Origin: an uncultured Marinoscillum sp.
Lineage (GTDB): Bacteria; Bacteroidota; Bacteroidia; Cytophagales; MED-G16
Reading direction: 5' to 3'
DNA length: 64,000 nucleotides
Assembly: GCA_964467915.1 (NCBI GenBank)
Contig: CAYXSW010000006.1
Span: 3,915-67,914, forward strand
Both the position numbers and the translations under genes were made by a program. Positions within the stretch are counted from its first letter, which is position 1; every line of letters starts with the position of its first letter. The notes beneath the pieces were generated by a model that saw nothing but the letters and a program-made list of their open reading frames with translations, had not been told where the DNA came from and did no database searches. Below, one piece after another: positions 48,170 to 57,349 of the stretch.

Positions 48170-49597
48170 TTAAAAATCAGCCCCAAAATTAAATGATAAA
48201 TTAAATTCATTTAAAGAATTTCTAGATAATTCACTTGAAAATGAAATATTTTTTATAGTAACTAAATCTAATCCAATACCATAGCTATATATATATTTAT
48301 TATTTAAAAAGTTATTTTTATTTTGGTTCTTATATTCCCATATATAACCTGAATCATAAAACATTTTAAAATATAGACTTATTGGAATTTTTTTAATTCT
48401 CTTGACGAATTTTTCATTATCTCTAGAATATGTTTTTGATAAAATATTTCTTTTTAAAGTATTCCTAAATGTTAGATGAGAATATCCATTGATTAAATAT
48501 TTTTCATATCCTCTAATTTTATCTAATGATTCATACAATAGAAATGGTTGATTTTTGCTGCTATATAAAGATGAAATGTTAAATGAAAAATATGTTTTAT
48601 TTTTTAATGAGAAGTAATTAGAATAATAAATTTTTGTTTTCCATTTATTTATATCATCAAATATTCCTAAACCATTTTTTTTAATTTGAATATTAAGTCG
48701 GAATCCATTTAATGGATAGTTTTTAATATCTCTAAAGTCTCTATCAAACTCATACCCAACATTGATAGAATTAATCATATTTCTATTAAAATAGTATCTG
48801 TCATTTAGTATTTTCAAAGTGTCATTTATTTTATAATTATTATGTTCAATTATAAAATAATGATAATTGTAAAAAGACTCTCTATGAGAATACTCAATAG
48901 ATGTAGTTATCTCTTTTTTTAATGAGTTATTCGATTTAAAAAATATAGGCACATGATTATTTGTCCCATAATTAAGATGATCATAATCTATAAAATTAAA
49001 ATCTAGCTCTAAACCTCCTTTTTGTTTTTTTGAAATATATGGAATATAATAAGATGAGTATAGCTCCCTAATGAATCCACCTCTGAAAGAAAATTCAAAT
49101 ACATCTGATCTTCCACTTAGGTTATAATGCAATAAGCCAGCTCCGTAATTTATTCTGCTTAGATCATGATCAAAATTTTCCCACCAATCGTTAAAGTTTC
49201 TATCTGATAATTCAAATATTATTGATGGTAGCACATAGAAAGACTCAACTAAAATAATATTGATTTCAATTTCATCATTATCAATTATTTTAATTTTTAT
49301 ATCAACTTCATTAAATAGATTTGTATTGATTAATTTTCTTTTTTCCTCTTCAATTATTTCTAGAATTTTTAATTTATTTAGTTCATCTCCTTCATTGATT
49401 GATAACTCTCTAATTATGATATTTTTTTTGGTTCTTTTATTCCCTTCAATTTTTATATTACTTATAACATAAAAATTAGTTTTTGGATCAAGTTTAATAT
49501 GATTGATATTTGGAAGGGTATCATTAATTCCAAAAGAACTGTAAATATTTAATTGAAACAGTATTATAAGTATGTAAAAAAGGTTAATTTTTATCAT
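48170..49597 (-). CDS. Omp85-family outer-membrane protein (POTRA + beta-barrel)
   Basis: POTRA motif ISNIKIEGNKRTKKNIIIRELSINEGDELN and a beta-barrel ending NLSFNFGADF. The track start 49600 is TTG, so the adjacent ATG 49597 is preferred. Confidence 0.72.
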   Translation of the reverse strand: MIKINLFYILIILFQLNIYSSFGINDTLPNINHIKLDPKTNFYVISNIKIEGNKRTKKNIIIRELSINEGDELNKLKILEIIEEEKRKLINTNLFNEVDIKIKIIDNDEIEINIILVESFYVLPSIIFELSDRNFNDWWENFDHDLSRINYGAGLLHYNLSGRSDVFEFSFRGGFIRELYSSYYIPYISKKQKGGLELDFNFIDYDHLNYGTNNHVPIFFKSNNSLKKEITTSIEYSHRESFYNYHYFIIEHNNYKINDTLKILNDRYYFNRNMINSINVGYEFDRDFRDIKNYPLNGFRLNIQIKKNGLGIFDDINKWKTKIYYSNYFSLKNKTYFSFNISSLYSSKNQPFLLYESLDKIRGYEKYLINGYSHLTFRNTLKRNILSKTYSRDNEKFVKRIKKIPISLYFKMFYDSGYIWEYKNQNKNNFLNNKYIYSYGIGLDLVTIKNISFSSELSRNSLNEFNLSFNFGADF

Positions 49598-49611
49598 CAA
49601 TAATTAAAATG

Positions 49612-49619
49612 CAAATATA
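49612..49619 (-). promoter_or_regulatory. putative -7 promoter box TATATTTG, 14 nt upstream of ATG 49597
   Basis: Plus strand caaatata is TATATTTG on the minus strand. It heads a gap-free nine-gene string running down to queF. Confidence 0.4.
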
Positions 49620-49631
49620 TTTATTAAAAAC

Positions 49632-49847
49632 ATGAATATTAAGAGATTATTTATTTTGCCTATTATTTTATATCAAAAATTAGTTTCTCCTATTCTTCCT
49701 AACACATGTAGGTTCAACCCTAGTTGTTCTGAATACTCAAAACAAGCAATTCTAAAGTATGGAGTTTTTTATGGTATATTTTTATCATTTAAGAGACTTG
49801 TTAAATGTCATCCATGGGGTGGCCATGGAAATGATCCATTAAAATAA
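49632..49847 (+). CDS. yidD: membrane protein insertion efficiency factor YidD
   Basis: 71 aa. Motifs CRFNPSCSEYSKQAI and KCHPWGGHGNDP. Confidence 0.9.
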   Translation: MNIKRLFILPIILYQKLVSPILPNTCRFNPSCSEYSKQAILKYGVFYGIFLSFKRLVKCHPWGGHGNDPLK

Positions 49848-49850
49848 AGG

Positions 49851-51695
49851 TTATAAGCTATTTAATTCCTCCTCAAAATTATTTGATAAGATGGGAAACC
49901 TTAGCCATAAGGAAGAATCTACACTATATTGATCAAAATGAAAAGAAGGAGCTGATCGTTCTCTTTTCCATTGATTTTGGCTAAAAAGTAAAAAAAACTT
50001 TTTTAAATAAATTTTAGATAATTCCTTTTTGATTTTCATTTTCTTTTGAAGATGTAAAAAAATTTCATTTGGACTCATTCTGTCTTTTATAGCTAATCTT
50101 TCAATTTCATTTAAAATTTCATAAGGCATTAAATCGGTCTCATCAAACTGATTTTCTTCTAAAGGTTTAAGCTCTGCACTTGGCTTTAGGTTTAATACTT
50201 TTTTTAGCGGTAAATAATTGTATTTATCTAAAAGGTAATTAAGTAGATTCTTTATAAAAATTTTATCTATTCCTGCAATTGGAGATATTGATCCACTAGA
50301 ATCACCATCCATAGTTGAATATCCTATGCTTGATTCACTTCTATTAGAAGTTGATAATAGAAGTAAGTTATTTGTATTAGCTATAAACCAGATGAAGGGA
50401 GACCTTACTCTTGCCTGAATGTTTTGGAGTGCTAAATTATCACTCTCCCATGAATACTTTCTTTTAGTACTTGAACTTATTTTACTAATTATACCTTTTA
50501 CTTCATCATCAATCTCCCATTCGTTATGATTTGATCCAATAAATTCAGATAATGATTTTGCAGATTCTTGAGTTTTTGAAGAAGAGTTTGTAGATTTTTG
50601 GTATGCGGTATGAAGTAATATGTTTAGAATTAGTTTTATGTTTTTATTTTTATCATCAGTTAATTTAATGTTTTCTAAATTCAATCTTTGAAGTAGTTTA
50701 TCACTTCCTTCTCTATCAATATATCTTTTAATCATCTCATAGATTAACATTGCAACACATGATGAGTCTAGTCCACCACTTAATGACAATGCAAATCCCT
50801 TTTGTTTAGATTTTGAAAGATAATCAAGAAGTCCTAAAGAAAAAGCATTTATAAATTCTTCATAATTATTATTTGATATCTCTTTATATTTTTTGTTATT
50901 CCCTTCTAGATCAATATTAAAGTAGTTAATGGAGTAATCTTTAAAAGAAAATCTTTCTGAAATGTCTATTAAATTCCCTTTTTGTGCTAAAATTGTATCT
51001 CCCTCAAATATTGTTTTACCTGAATCATTTCCAAGTAAATTTACTGACATATATGTACAATTAAATTTTTTAGAGCTTTTGATAGTAATATTTTTTCTAA
51101 AATTAAATTTATTGAAAGCATAATGACTTGCTAAAGGGTTAAAAATTATAAGATGTTTATCAGTTTTTATGTAATTGGCAGGTCTCTCAATGTCCCATGC
51201 ATCTCTACAAATTTCGAATCCTAAAGTGATTCCATTATTATATTCTAACTGAATTGATCCTATTTGGTACTTTTTATTATTAAATTTTGTTTTTTCTATT
51301 TTACCAAATTCCCACGGGTCAAACCATCTTTTTTCATAATGAATACCATCATTTGGTAAATTGCTTTTAATAAAAAATCCTAAAATTTTTGTATTTCTAA
51401 TTATACAACACGCATTATATAATTTTTTTTTGTGTAAAATAGGATGTCCAATAATTACTGTAATTGACTTACATATTTTAGAAATTTCAATAAGTTGTTC
51501 ACTTGATTTTTCAATAAACCATTTGCTGAAAAAAAGATCTTGACATCCATAACCAGTTGTTGAGAGTTCTGGAAAACATAAGATTTTTACATTATTTTTA
51601 ATAGAAAGGTTGATACTATCTTTAATGTTATTAATGTTTTTATTCCACGCGAGTGGAGTCTGATTCAAATTTGAACTAGCTAATTTAATTTTCAT
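49851..51695 (-). CDS. nadE: glutamine-dependent NAD+ synthetase (CN-hydrolase + NAD synthetase domains)
   Basis: 614 aa. The nitrilase-like N-half has CFPELSTTGY and GFEICRDAW. The PP-loop is LSLSGGLDSS. Confidence 0.9.
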   Translation of the reverse strand: MKIKLASSNLNQTPLAWNKNINNIKDSINLSIKNNVKILCFPELSTTGYGCQDLFFSKWFIEKSSEQLIEISKICKSITVIIGHPILHKKKLYNACCIIRNTKILGFFIKSNLPNDGIHYEKRWFDPWEFGKIEKTKFNNKKYQIGSIQLEYNNGITLGFEICRDAWDIERPANYIKTDKHLIIFNPLASHYAFNKFNFRKNITIKSSKKFNCTYMSVNLLGNDSGKTIFEGDTILAQKGNLIDISERFSFKDYSINYFNIDLEGNNKKYKEISNNNYEEFINAFSLGLLDYLSKSKQKGFALSLSGGLDSSCVAMLIYEMIKRYIDREGSDKLLQRLNLENIKLTDDKNKNIKLILNILLHTAYQKSTNSSSKTQESAKSLSEFIGSNHNEWEIDDEVKGIISKISSSTKRKYSWESDNLALQNIQARVRSPFIWFIANTNNLLLLSTSNRSESSIGYSTMDGDSSGSISPIAGIDKIFIKNLLNYLLDKYNYLPLKKVLNLKPSAELKPLEENQFDETDLMPYEILNEIERLAIKDRMSPNEIFLHLQKKMKIKKELSKIYLKKFFLLFSQNQWKRERSAPSFHFDQYSVDSSLWLRFPILSNNFEEELNSL

Positions 51696-51757
51696 CTAAA
51701 ATCTATACTTTAGTCTGAATAAATAATTTATTTTTTAAAGATCATTAAATTTAAAAT

Positions 51758-51889
51758 ATGATAAAAGAATATCTCAAAAGAAAATGGGCTTGGGTAGATG
51801 AAAATCCTAGATTAGCTTCTTGGTTAGGATGGCTTAAGGGATTAATTAGTGGATTTCTAATTTATTATTTTCTAGACAAGACTATGTAA
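51758..51889 (+). CDS. candidate small membrane protein (43 aa)
   Basis: My translation: MIKEYLKRKWAWVDENPRLASWLGWLKGLISGFLIYYFLDKTM. It is the only ORF in a 209-nt gap. A one-mismatch -7 box TAAATTTA lies 4 nt upstream. Support is weak. Confidence 0.3.
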   Translation: MIKEYLKRKWAWVDENPRLASWLGWLKGLISGFLIYYFLDKTM

Positions 51890-51904
51890 AAGAAATTTTA
51901 ATCC

Positions 51905-52621
51905 TTATAAATTGACTTGTGTTAATTTAGGATTGACAGATAATTTCATATAAATATAAAATATCAACGAAAATATCATCAAACAAAAAGTCCAATTTGT
52001 ATTTATAATTTCTGAATCTACTTTATAGTTTTCAATGCTATTAATTATAAAGAATAATAAAGAGATACTCAGAAGTCCATTTTTAATATTTACTAATGAT
52101 TTTTTTAAATTAAAGTTATTTATTGGTTTCTTCCAGGTTTTAAATGATGGTAATATTCTTGGTGTATTTGAGCAATATGATTTGTATTCTTCTTTAAATT
52201 TTTGAAGTAAAAAATTTTCTTCAACCAGTATTATTTTATAATATAATATTCCAAAAAGAGATGAGACTATTAAAGTAATTAATTCATTAGATAGTAAAAG
52301 AACAACCCCCAACCAATTCAAATAATTTGCAAGATAAAGGGGGTTTCTTAGAAGAGAGTAAATACCTGAAGTGTTGAGTTTTTCTGCAATCTGTTTTTTA
52401 GTATTTTTTCCAGAAGTTTTATTATATACAAATCCAATGGTAAGCATTCTAACTAATAAACCAGATAAAGATATTGTTAAACAAACAATATATTGAATAT
52501 CAGAAATTAGATTAGTATTAAAATAATAAAATAAAATAGATCCTAAAATTATTGGAACAGGTAAAATTCCTCTATATCTAAATAAAAAATTACCTTGATT
52601 TAATTGTCTGTCTGTTATCAT
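51905..52621 (-). CDS. membrane methyltransferase-family protein (ICMT / phospholipid methyltransferase-like)
   Basis: 238 aa, multi-TM. The motif TSGIYSLLRNPLYLANYLNWLG resembles the ICMT/PEMT-family signature. Confidence 0.62.
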   Translation of the reverse strand: MITDRQLNQGNFLFRYRGILPVPIILGSILFYYFNTNLISDIQYIVCLTISLSGLLVRMLTIGFVYNKTSGKNTKKQIAEKLNTSGIYSLLRNPLYLANYLNWLGVVLLLSNELITLIVSSLFGILYYKIILVEENFLLQKFKEEYKSYCSNTPRILPSFKTWKKPINNFNLKKSLVNIKNGLLSISLLFFIINSIENYKVDSEIINTNWTFCLMIFSLIFYIYMKLSVNPKLTQVNL

Positions 52622-52626
52622 TTATT

Positions 52627-54324
52627 TCACCAGAATATTGCATAAAGCATTGTGGTAATTATTAATACAGCAAATGCTGGGATATTAAATGATGGTTTTG
52701 TCTCAAATAATTTTCCTGATAATTTTATAGCTTTAGGGTCATCTTCATTTCCTTCAAGATAACTTATAATATAAATTATAAGCATTGTAACTAAGAATGT
52801 TATGCCCATTTGGTGAAGGAACGGAATTTCTCCAATGAATAATCCTTGAGTAAAGCTAGGAACAAATTCTATCCACCCTTTTGGCACAACTTTAAAGTAC
52901 ATAGCTACTGGTATAGAAATTAATATTCCCCATATTGCAGCATTATTTGTAGCTTTTCTGTAAAAAAGTCCCATTATAAACACTGCAAGAATTCCAGGGC
53001 TTACAACACCTGTATACTCTTGAATTGCTTGAAATACTTGGCCTAAATTGCCAAACATTGGAGCAATTAACATAGCTATAAAAAGTGAAACTATTACAAC
53101 AATTCGTCCAACTTTCACTAATTCAGCGTCTTTAGCTTTTTTATTTATTATTTCTTTATAAATGTCCATTGTAAAAATAGTTGATGTCGAATTTAACATT
53201 GATGCAAGTGATGAAACAATGGCTGCTGCAAGAGCTGCTAGAATTAAACCCTTTATGCCCACAGGAATATAATTTTTAATCAACCAAGGAGCTGCATTAT
53301 CATTCAATATTTTTCCATCAGAAGATGTAAAACCTTCTGGGAGAACTTTCATTAATTCTCCTGTTGCAGGATCAAGATTTATCACGTATGCTATTATTCC
53401 TGGCAGTACAACAAAAATTGGAATTATCAATTTTAAAAATGCCGCAAATGCGATTCCCTTTTGTGCCTCACCTAAATTTTTTGCTGCAAATGTTCTTTGA
53501 ATTATATATTGATTAAAACCCCAGTAGTAAGTATTGGCTATCCACATCCCTCCGATAAGTACAGCTATTCCTGGTAAATCAAAATAGGCGTCTCTTCCAT
53601 CAGGTGTAATAATTTCTCCTTTTGATAAAATCATAGAAAATCTTTCTGGAACAGCATTGTATATATATGACAGACCGTCAATTATACCACCACCTGGTGT
53701 AACATAAGATAATGCTATACCTGTCATTAGCATACCCCCAAAAATTAAAATTACCACTTGAACTACATCTGTCCAAGCTACAGCTGACAATCCTCCCCAA
53801 ACAGAATATGTTAGAGCAAATAATCCCAATCCAATAATACTAGTAGTTATTAAGCTACCATCTCCTGATCCAAAAATCGTATCCATTGCTTTTCCTCCTA
53901 GATACATAACAGATGTTAGATTAACAAAAACAAATAAACTAATCCAAAATATTGCGAGTATAGTTTTTAGGTTATTGCTATATCTTTTTTTAACAAATTC
54001 AGGTATAGTATATATTTTTTTCTCTATGTAAATTGGAAGGAAAAACTTACCTACCACAAGCAAGGTAATCGCAGCCATCCACTCATAAGTTGCAATTGCT
54101 AAACCTAGCGCAAATCCAGAACCAGACATGCCAATAAACTGTTCTGCTGATATATTAGCGGCTATTAAAGATGCACCAATAGTCCACCAAGGTAATGACT
54201 TTCCTGCTAAAAAATAATCTTCAGCACTTTTCCCTGATCCACTTTTATCTCTTGAAACATATAAGCCAATTGTTAGTATAACTATACAATAACTTATAAA
54301 TACAATTATGTCAATATTTTCCAT
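52627..54324 (-). CDS. sodium:solute symporter (SSF family, SGLT-like)
   Basis: 565 aa, about 14 TM segments. Motifs FLAGKSLPWWTIGASLIAANISAEQFIG and GGLSAVAWTDVVQ. Confidence 0.9.
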   Translation of the reverse strand: MENIDIIVFISYCIVILTIGLYVSRDKSGSGKSAEDYFLAGKSLPWWTIGASLIAANISAEQFIGMSGSGFALGLAIATYEWMAAITLLVVGKFFLPIYIEKKIYTIPEFVKKRYSNNLKTILAIFWISLFVFVNLTSVMYLGGKAMDTIFGSGDGSLITTSIIGLGLFALTYSVWGGLSAVAWTDVVQVVILIFGGMLMTGIALSYVTPGGGIIDGLSYIYNAVPERFSMILSKGEIITPDGRDAYFDLPGIAVLIGGMWIANTYYWGFNQYIIQRTFAAKNLGEAQKGIAFAAFLKLIIPIFVVLPGIIAYVINLDPATGELMKVLPEGFTSSDGKILNDNAAPWLIKNYIPVGIKGLILAALAAAIVSSLASMLNSTSTIFTMDIYKEIINKKAKDAELVKVGRIVVIVSLFIAMLIAPMFGNLGQVFQAIQEYTGVVSPGILAVFIMGLFYRKATNNAAIWGILISIPVAMYFKVVPKGWIEFVPSFTQGLFIGEIPFLHQMGITFLVTMLIIYIISYLEGNEDDPKAIKLSGKLFETKPSFNIPAFAVLIITTMLYAIFW

Positions 54325-54398
54325 TAGTTTAGTTTAGTTTATTTAAGTTAATACTTAATATTTATTTGAACTAGACTAACTAATTAAATTTATATAGC

Positions 54399-55538
54399 AT
54401 GCTTATCAGATTAATAATCATTTCATTTTTTTCATTTTTACCTTATACAAATGTAGAAGATAATACCCTCAAGACTCAACTTGAAAATCTAATCTTGCCT
54501 GAAGGTTTTAAAATTCAACTTTATGCATCTGATGTCGAGAATGCTAGGTCAATGACGATCAGTCCATCTGGAACAATATTTGTTGGGAATAGAAGATCTG
54601 ATAATGTATTTGCTTTAAAGGATACTGATGGAGATAATGTAGTTGATAAGAAATATTTAATTACTGATAAACTTAAAAATATGCCTAATGGAGTTGCATA
54701 TTATAAAGGGGATCTATATGTGGCTGAAGTAAATAAGATATGGGTTTTTAGAGATATTGAGGACAATTTAGATTACATAGATAAGTTTGGAGATTACCCA
54801 AATGAACCTGAATTAATATCTGATGATTATCCTTCAGATAGACATCATGGATGGAAATATATATCATTTGGCCCGGATGGTAAATTATATGTTCCTGTTG
54901 GTGCACCTTGTAATATATGTGAGAGTAACGATGAAGTATATGCTTCAATTACTAGAATGGATCCTGATGGATCTAATAAAGAAGTTTATGCTAGTGGTGT
55001 AAGAAATACTGTTGGGTTCACATGGCATCCTGAGACTGAAGAAATGTGGTTTACTGACAATGGCAGAGATATGCTAGGAGATAATTATCCTCCATGTGAG
55101 CTTAACAAGGTTCAAAAACCTAAGCAGCATTTTGGTTATCCATACTGTCATGGCAATGACATATCTGACCCTGAATTTGGTAGTAAATATTCCTGTGAAG
55201 AATTTATTAAACCAGTGCAAAATTTAGGTCCTCATGTAGCACCTTTGGGACTAAAGTTTTATAATGGAGATATGTTTCCGGAAGAATTTAAAGGGGATGT
55301 TTTCATAGCCGAACATGGATCATGGAATAGGTCAAGAAAAATCGGATATAGAATTACTAGGGTAAAAGTTGAAAACAATAGATCAGTAGGGTATGAGCCT
55401 TTTATATATGGGTGGTTAGATGAAGAAGAACAAGAGGCCTGGGGCAGACCTGTGGATGTTATTTTTCTTAAAGATGGCTCCATGTTAATTTCAGATGATT
55501 ATGCGAATGCAATTTATAGAGTTTATTATGATGGATAG
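54399..55538 (+). CDS. PQQ-dependent sugar (sorbosone/aldose) dehydrogenase family protein
   Basis: 379 aa with a signal peptide. Beta-propeller motifs DRHHGWKYISFGPDGKLYVPVGAPCNICE, GVRNTVGFTWHP and FTDNGRDMLGDNYPPCELN. Confidence 0.82.
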   Translation: MLIRLIIISFFSFLPYTNVEDNTLKTQLENLILPEGFKIQLYASDVENARSMTISPSGTIFVGNRRSDNVFALKDTDGDNVVDKKYLITDKLKNMPNGVAYYKGDLYVAEVNKIWVFRDIEDNLDYIDKFGDYPNEPELISDDYPSDRHHGWKYISFGPDGKLYVPVGAPCNICESNDEVYASITRMDPDGSNKEVYASGVRNTVGFTWHPETEEMWFTDNGRDMLGDNYPPCELNKVQKPKQHFGYPYCHGNDISDPEFGSKYSCEEFIKPVQNLGPHVAPLGLKFYNGDMFPEEFKGDVFIAEHGSWNRSRKIGYRITRVKVENNRSVGYEPFIYGWLDEEEQEAWGRPVDVIFLKDGSMLISDDYANAIYRVYYDG

Positions 55539-56543
55539 CTAAACTATATTAACTTCAGTTTCTAATTTTATATTAAATTTTTCTTGAACACTTTTAGATA
55601 TTTCTTCTGATAGTTTTTTGATTTTACTACCTGATTCTTCTCCATAATTTACTAACACAAGTGCGTGTTTTTTATAAACACCTATCTTATCCAAAACTTT
55701 ACCTTTCCACCCACATTTTTCTATTAGCCAGGCAGCGGATACTTTTATATTATTTTCTCCTATTCTGTGTCCAGAAAAATCATGATATTTTGATTTGATA
55801 TCATTGTAAGAGCTTAGTTTAATTATTGGATTTTTGAAGAAACTACCAGCATTTCCTAATATTTTTGGATTAGGTAGTTTAGAATTTCTTATTCTGATTA
55901 TCTCGTCTCTTAATGATTTTAATGAAATTTTATCCTTATCAAAGTTTTGTAATTCTTTATAAGTTAGAATATAGTTAGGCTTTTTATTTAAAATAAAATC
56001 TACATGTGTTATAAAAAATTTATTTTTTTTATTTTTTTTAAAAATGCTATTTCTATATTCAAAGCAACATGATTTTTTTTTATATATCTTTTCTCTATTT
56101 TCTTCTAAATCATAGGTGATTACACTATCTATAAAATCTTTAATTTCAACTCCATATGCTCCTATATTTTGAATAGGCGCAGCTCCAACTGATCCGGGGA
56201 TTAAGGATAAGTTTTCAACTCCATAGTATCCATTTTCTACGCAATATGAAACAAATTCATCCCAGTTTTCTCCAGAGCCGACTCTTATTTTAACATTATT
56301 TTTGTCTTCATAAAATTTATCAATGCCCATTATTTTATTTAATAAGACGATTCCATCAAAGTCTTTTGTAAATAAGATATTTGACCCACCACCAATTATT
56401 AATTTTTTTTCTTTTCTTACCTCCTTATTATTTAGAACATGAGAAAGGTCATCTTTTCTTTTTATTTCAATTAAGTACTTTGATTTATGTTTGACCCCAA
56501 AAGAATTATGGTTATGTAAAGAAGAATCTTTTAAAATATTCAT
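55539..56543 (-). CDS. murB: UDP-N-acetylenolpyruvoylglucosamine reductase
   Basis: 334 aa. FAD-binding domain GGGSNILF, plus GSVGAAPIQNIGAYG and AGSFFKNP. Confidence 0.9.
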   Translation of the reverse strand: MNILKDSSLHNHNSFGVKHKSKYLIEIKRKDDLSHVLNNKEVRKEKKLIIGGGSNILFTKDFDGIVLLNKIMGIDKFYEDKNNVKIRVGSGENWDEFVSYCVENGYYGVENLSLIPGSVGAAPIQNIGAYGVEIKDFIDSVITYDLEENREKIYKKKSCCFEYRNSIFKKNKKNKFFITHVDFILNKKPNYILTYKELQNFDKDKISLKSLRDEIIRIRNSKLPNPKILGNAGSFFKNPIIKLSSYNDIKSKYHDFSGHRIGENNIKVSAAWLIEKCGWKGKVLDKIGVYKKHALVLVNYGEESGSKIKKLSEEISKSVQEKFNIKLETEVNIV

Positions 56544-57251
56544 TTAGGCAATATTTGTAAATACATACTGAACATCTTCATCATCTTCTATCTTATCTAC
56601 CATTTTTTCAATTTCAAGAAGTTGATCTTCACTGAAATTAACTGGATTACTAGGTATTCTCTTTAATAATGATTTTGATGGTTTAACTTCTAGCTCATTT
56701 AAGCCCTTATTAATTTTACCATATGAAGTGTAGTTACCATAAATTATAATTTCATCTTTATTTATTTCTATTTCTTCTAGACCATAGTCAATTAAAAAGA
56801 GTTCAAGTTCGTCCGGGTCTTGATTTAAGTTATCAATGTGAAAAACAGCCTTTCTTTCAAACATAAATTCTAAGGATCCTGGAGAGACTAGGTTGCCTTC
56901 CGATTTATTGAAGTATGATTTTATGTTTGCAGTTGTTCTTTTAATATTGTCTGTTGCTATTTCAACTATTACTAGAACTCCATGGGGACCTTTCCCTTCA
57001 AAAGTTTGTTCTATAAAATCTTTCAGTTCTTTATCAGAAGCTCTTTTTATTGCTGAATCAATATTGTCCTTAGGCATATTTTCAGCTTTTGCATTTTGAA
57101 TAGCGGCTCTTAACTTAAAATTCATCTCAGGATCGGTTCCTCCTTCTTTAGCAGCAACGGTTATTGCCTTCGATAATTTAGGGAACAGTTTAGACATTTT
57201 ATCCCATCTTTTTTCTTTAGCAGCTCGTCTATATTCAAATGCTCTTCCCAT
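56544..57251 (-). CDS. YebC/PmpR family DNA-binding transcriptional regulator
   Basis: 235 aa. N-terminus [38 protein letters not shown] is diagnostic. Confidence 0.9.
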   Translation of the reverse strand: MGRAFEYRRAAKEKRWDKMSKLFPKLSKAITVAAKEGGTDPEMNFKLRAAIQNAKAENMPKDNIDSAIKRASDKELKDFIEQTFEGKGPHGVLVIVEIATDNIKRTTANIKSYFNKSEGNLVSPGSLEFMFERKAVFHIDNLNQDPDELELFLIDYGLEEIEINKDEIIIYGNYTSYGKINKGLNELEVKPSKSLLKRIPSNPVNFSEDQLLEIEKMVDKIEDDEDVQYVFTNIA

Positions 57252-57349
57252 AGTATAATTGTATATAGATTAATTAATTATTCTTAATAACTAAATTACA
57301 AAATATTGAATTAATTAGTCAATTATAAAACCTAAGTTTAATTTTACAA

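Noticed and set aside
54324-54338. Tandem pentamer (TTAGT)x3 directly upstream of the symporter start codon, a possible phase-variable microsatellite
   Set aside because: There are only three perfect copies followed by degenerate ones. That is too short for slipped-strand switching, and such runs are expected in AT-rich leaders.
57252-57349. A possible purine riboswitch upstream of guaA, and similarly riboswitches upstream of the TBDR or ilvD
   Set aside because: The spacers are 86-129 nt and almost pure A/T. I see no conserved riboswitch cores or stable multi-stem structures.
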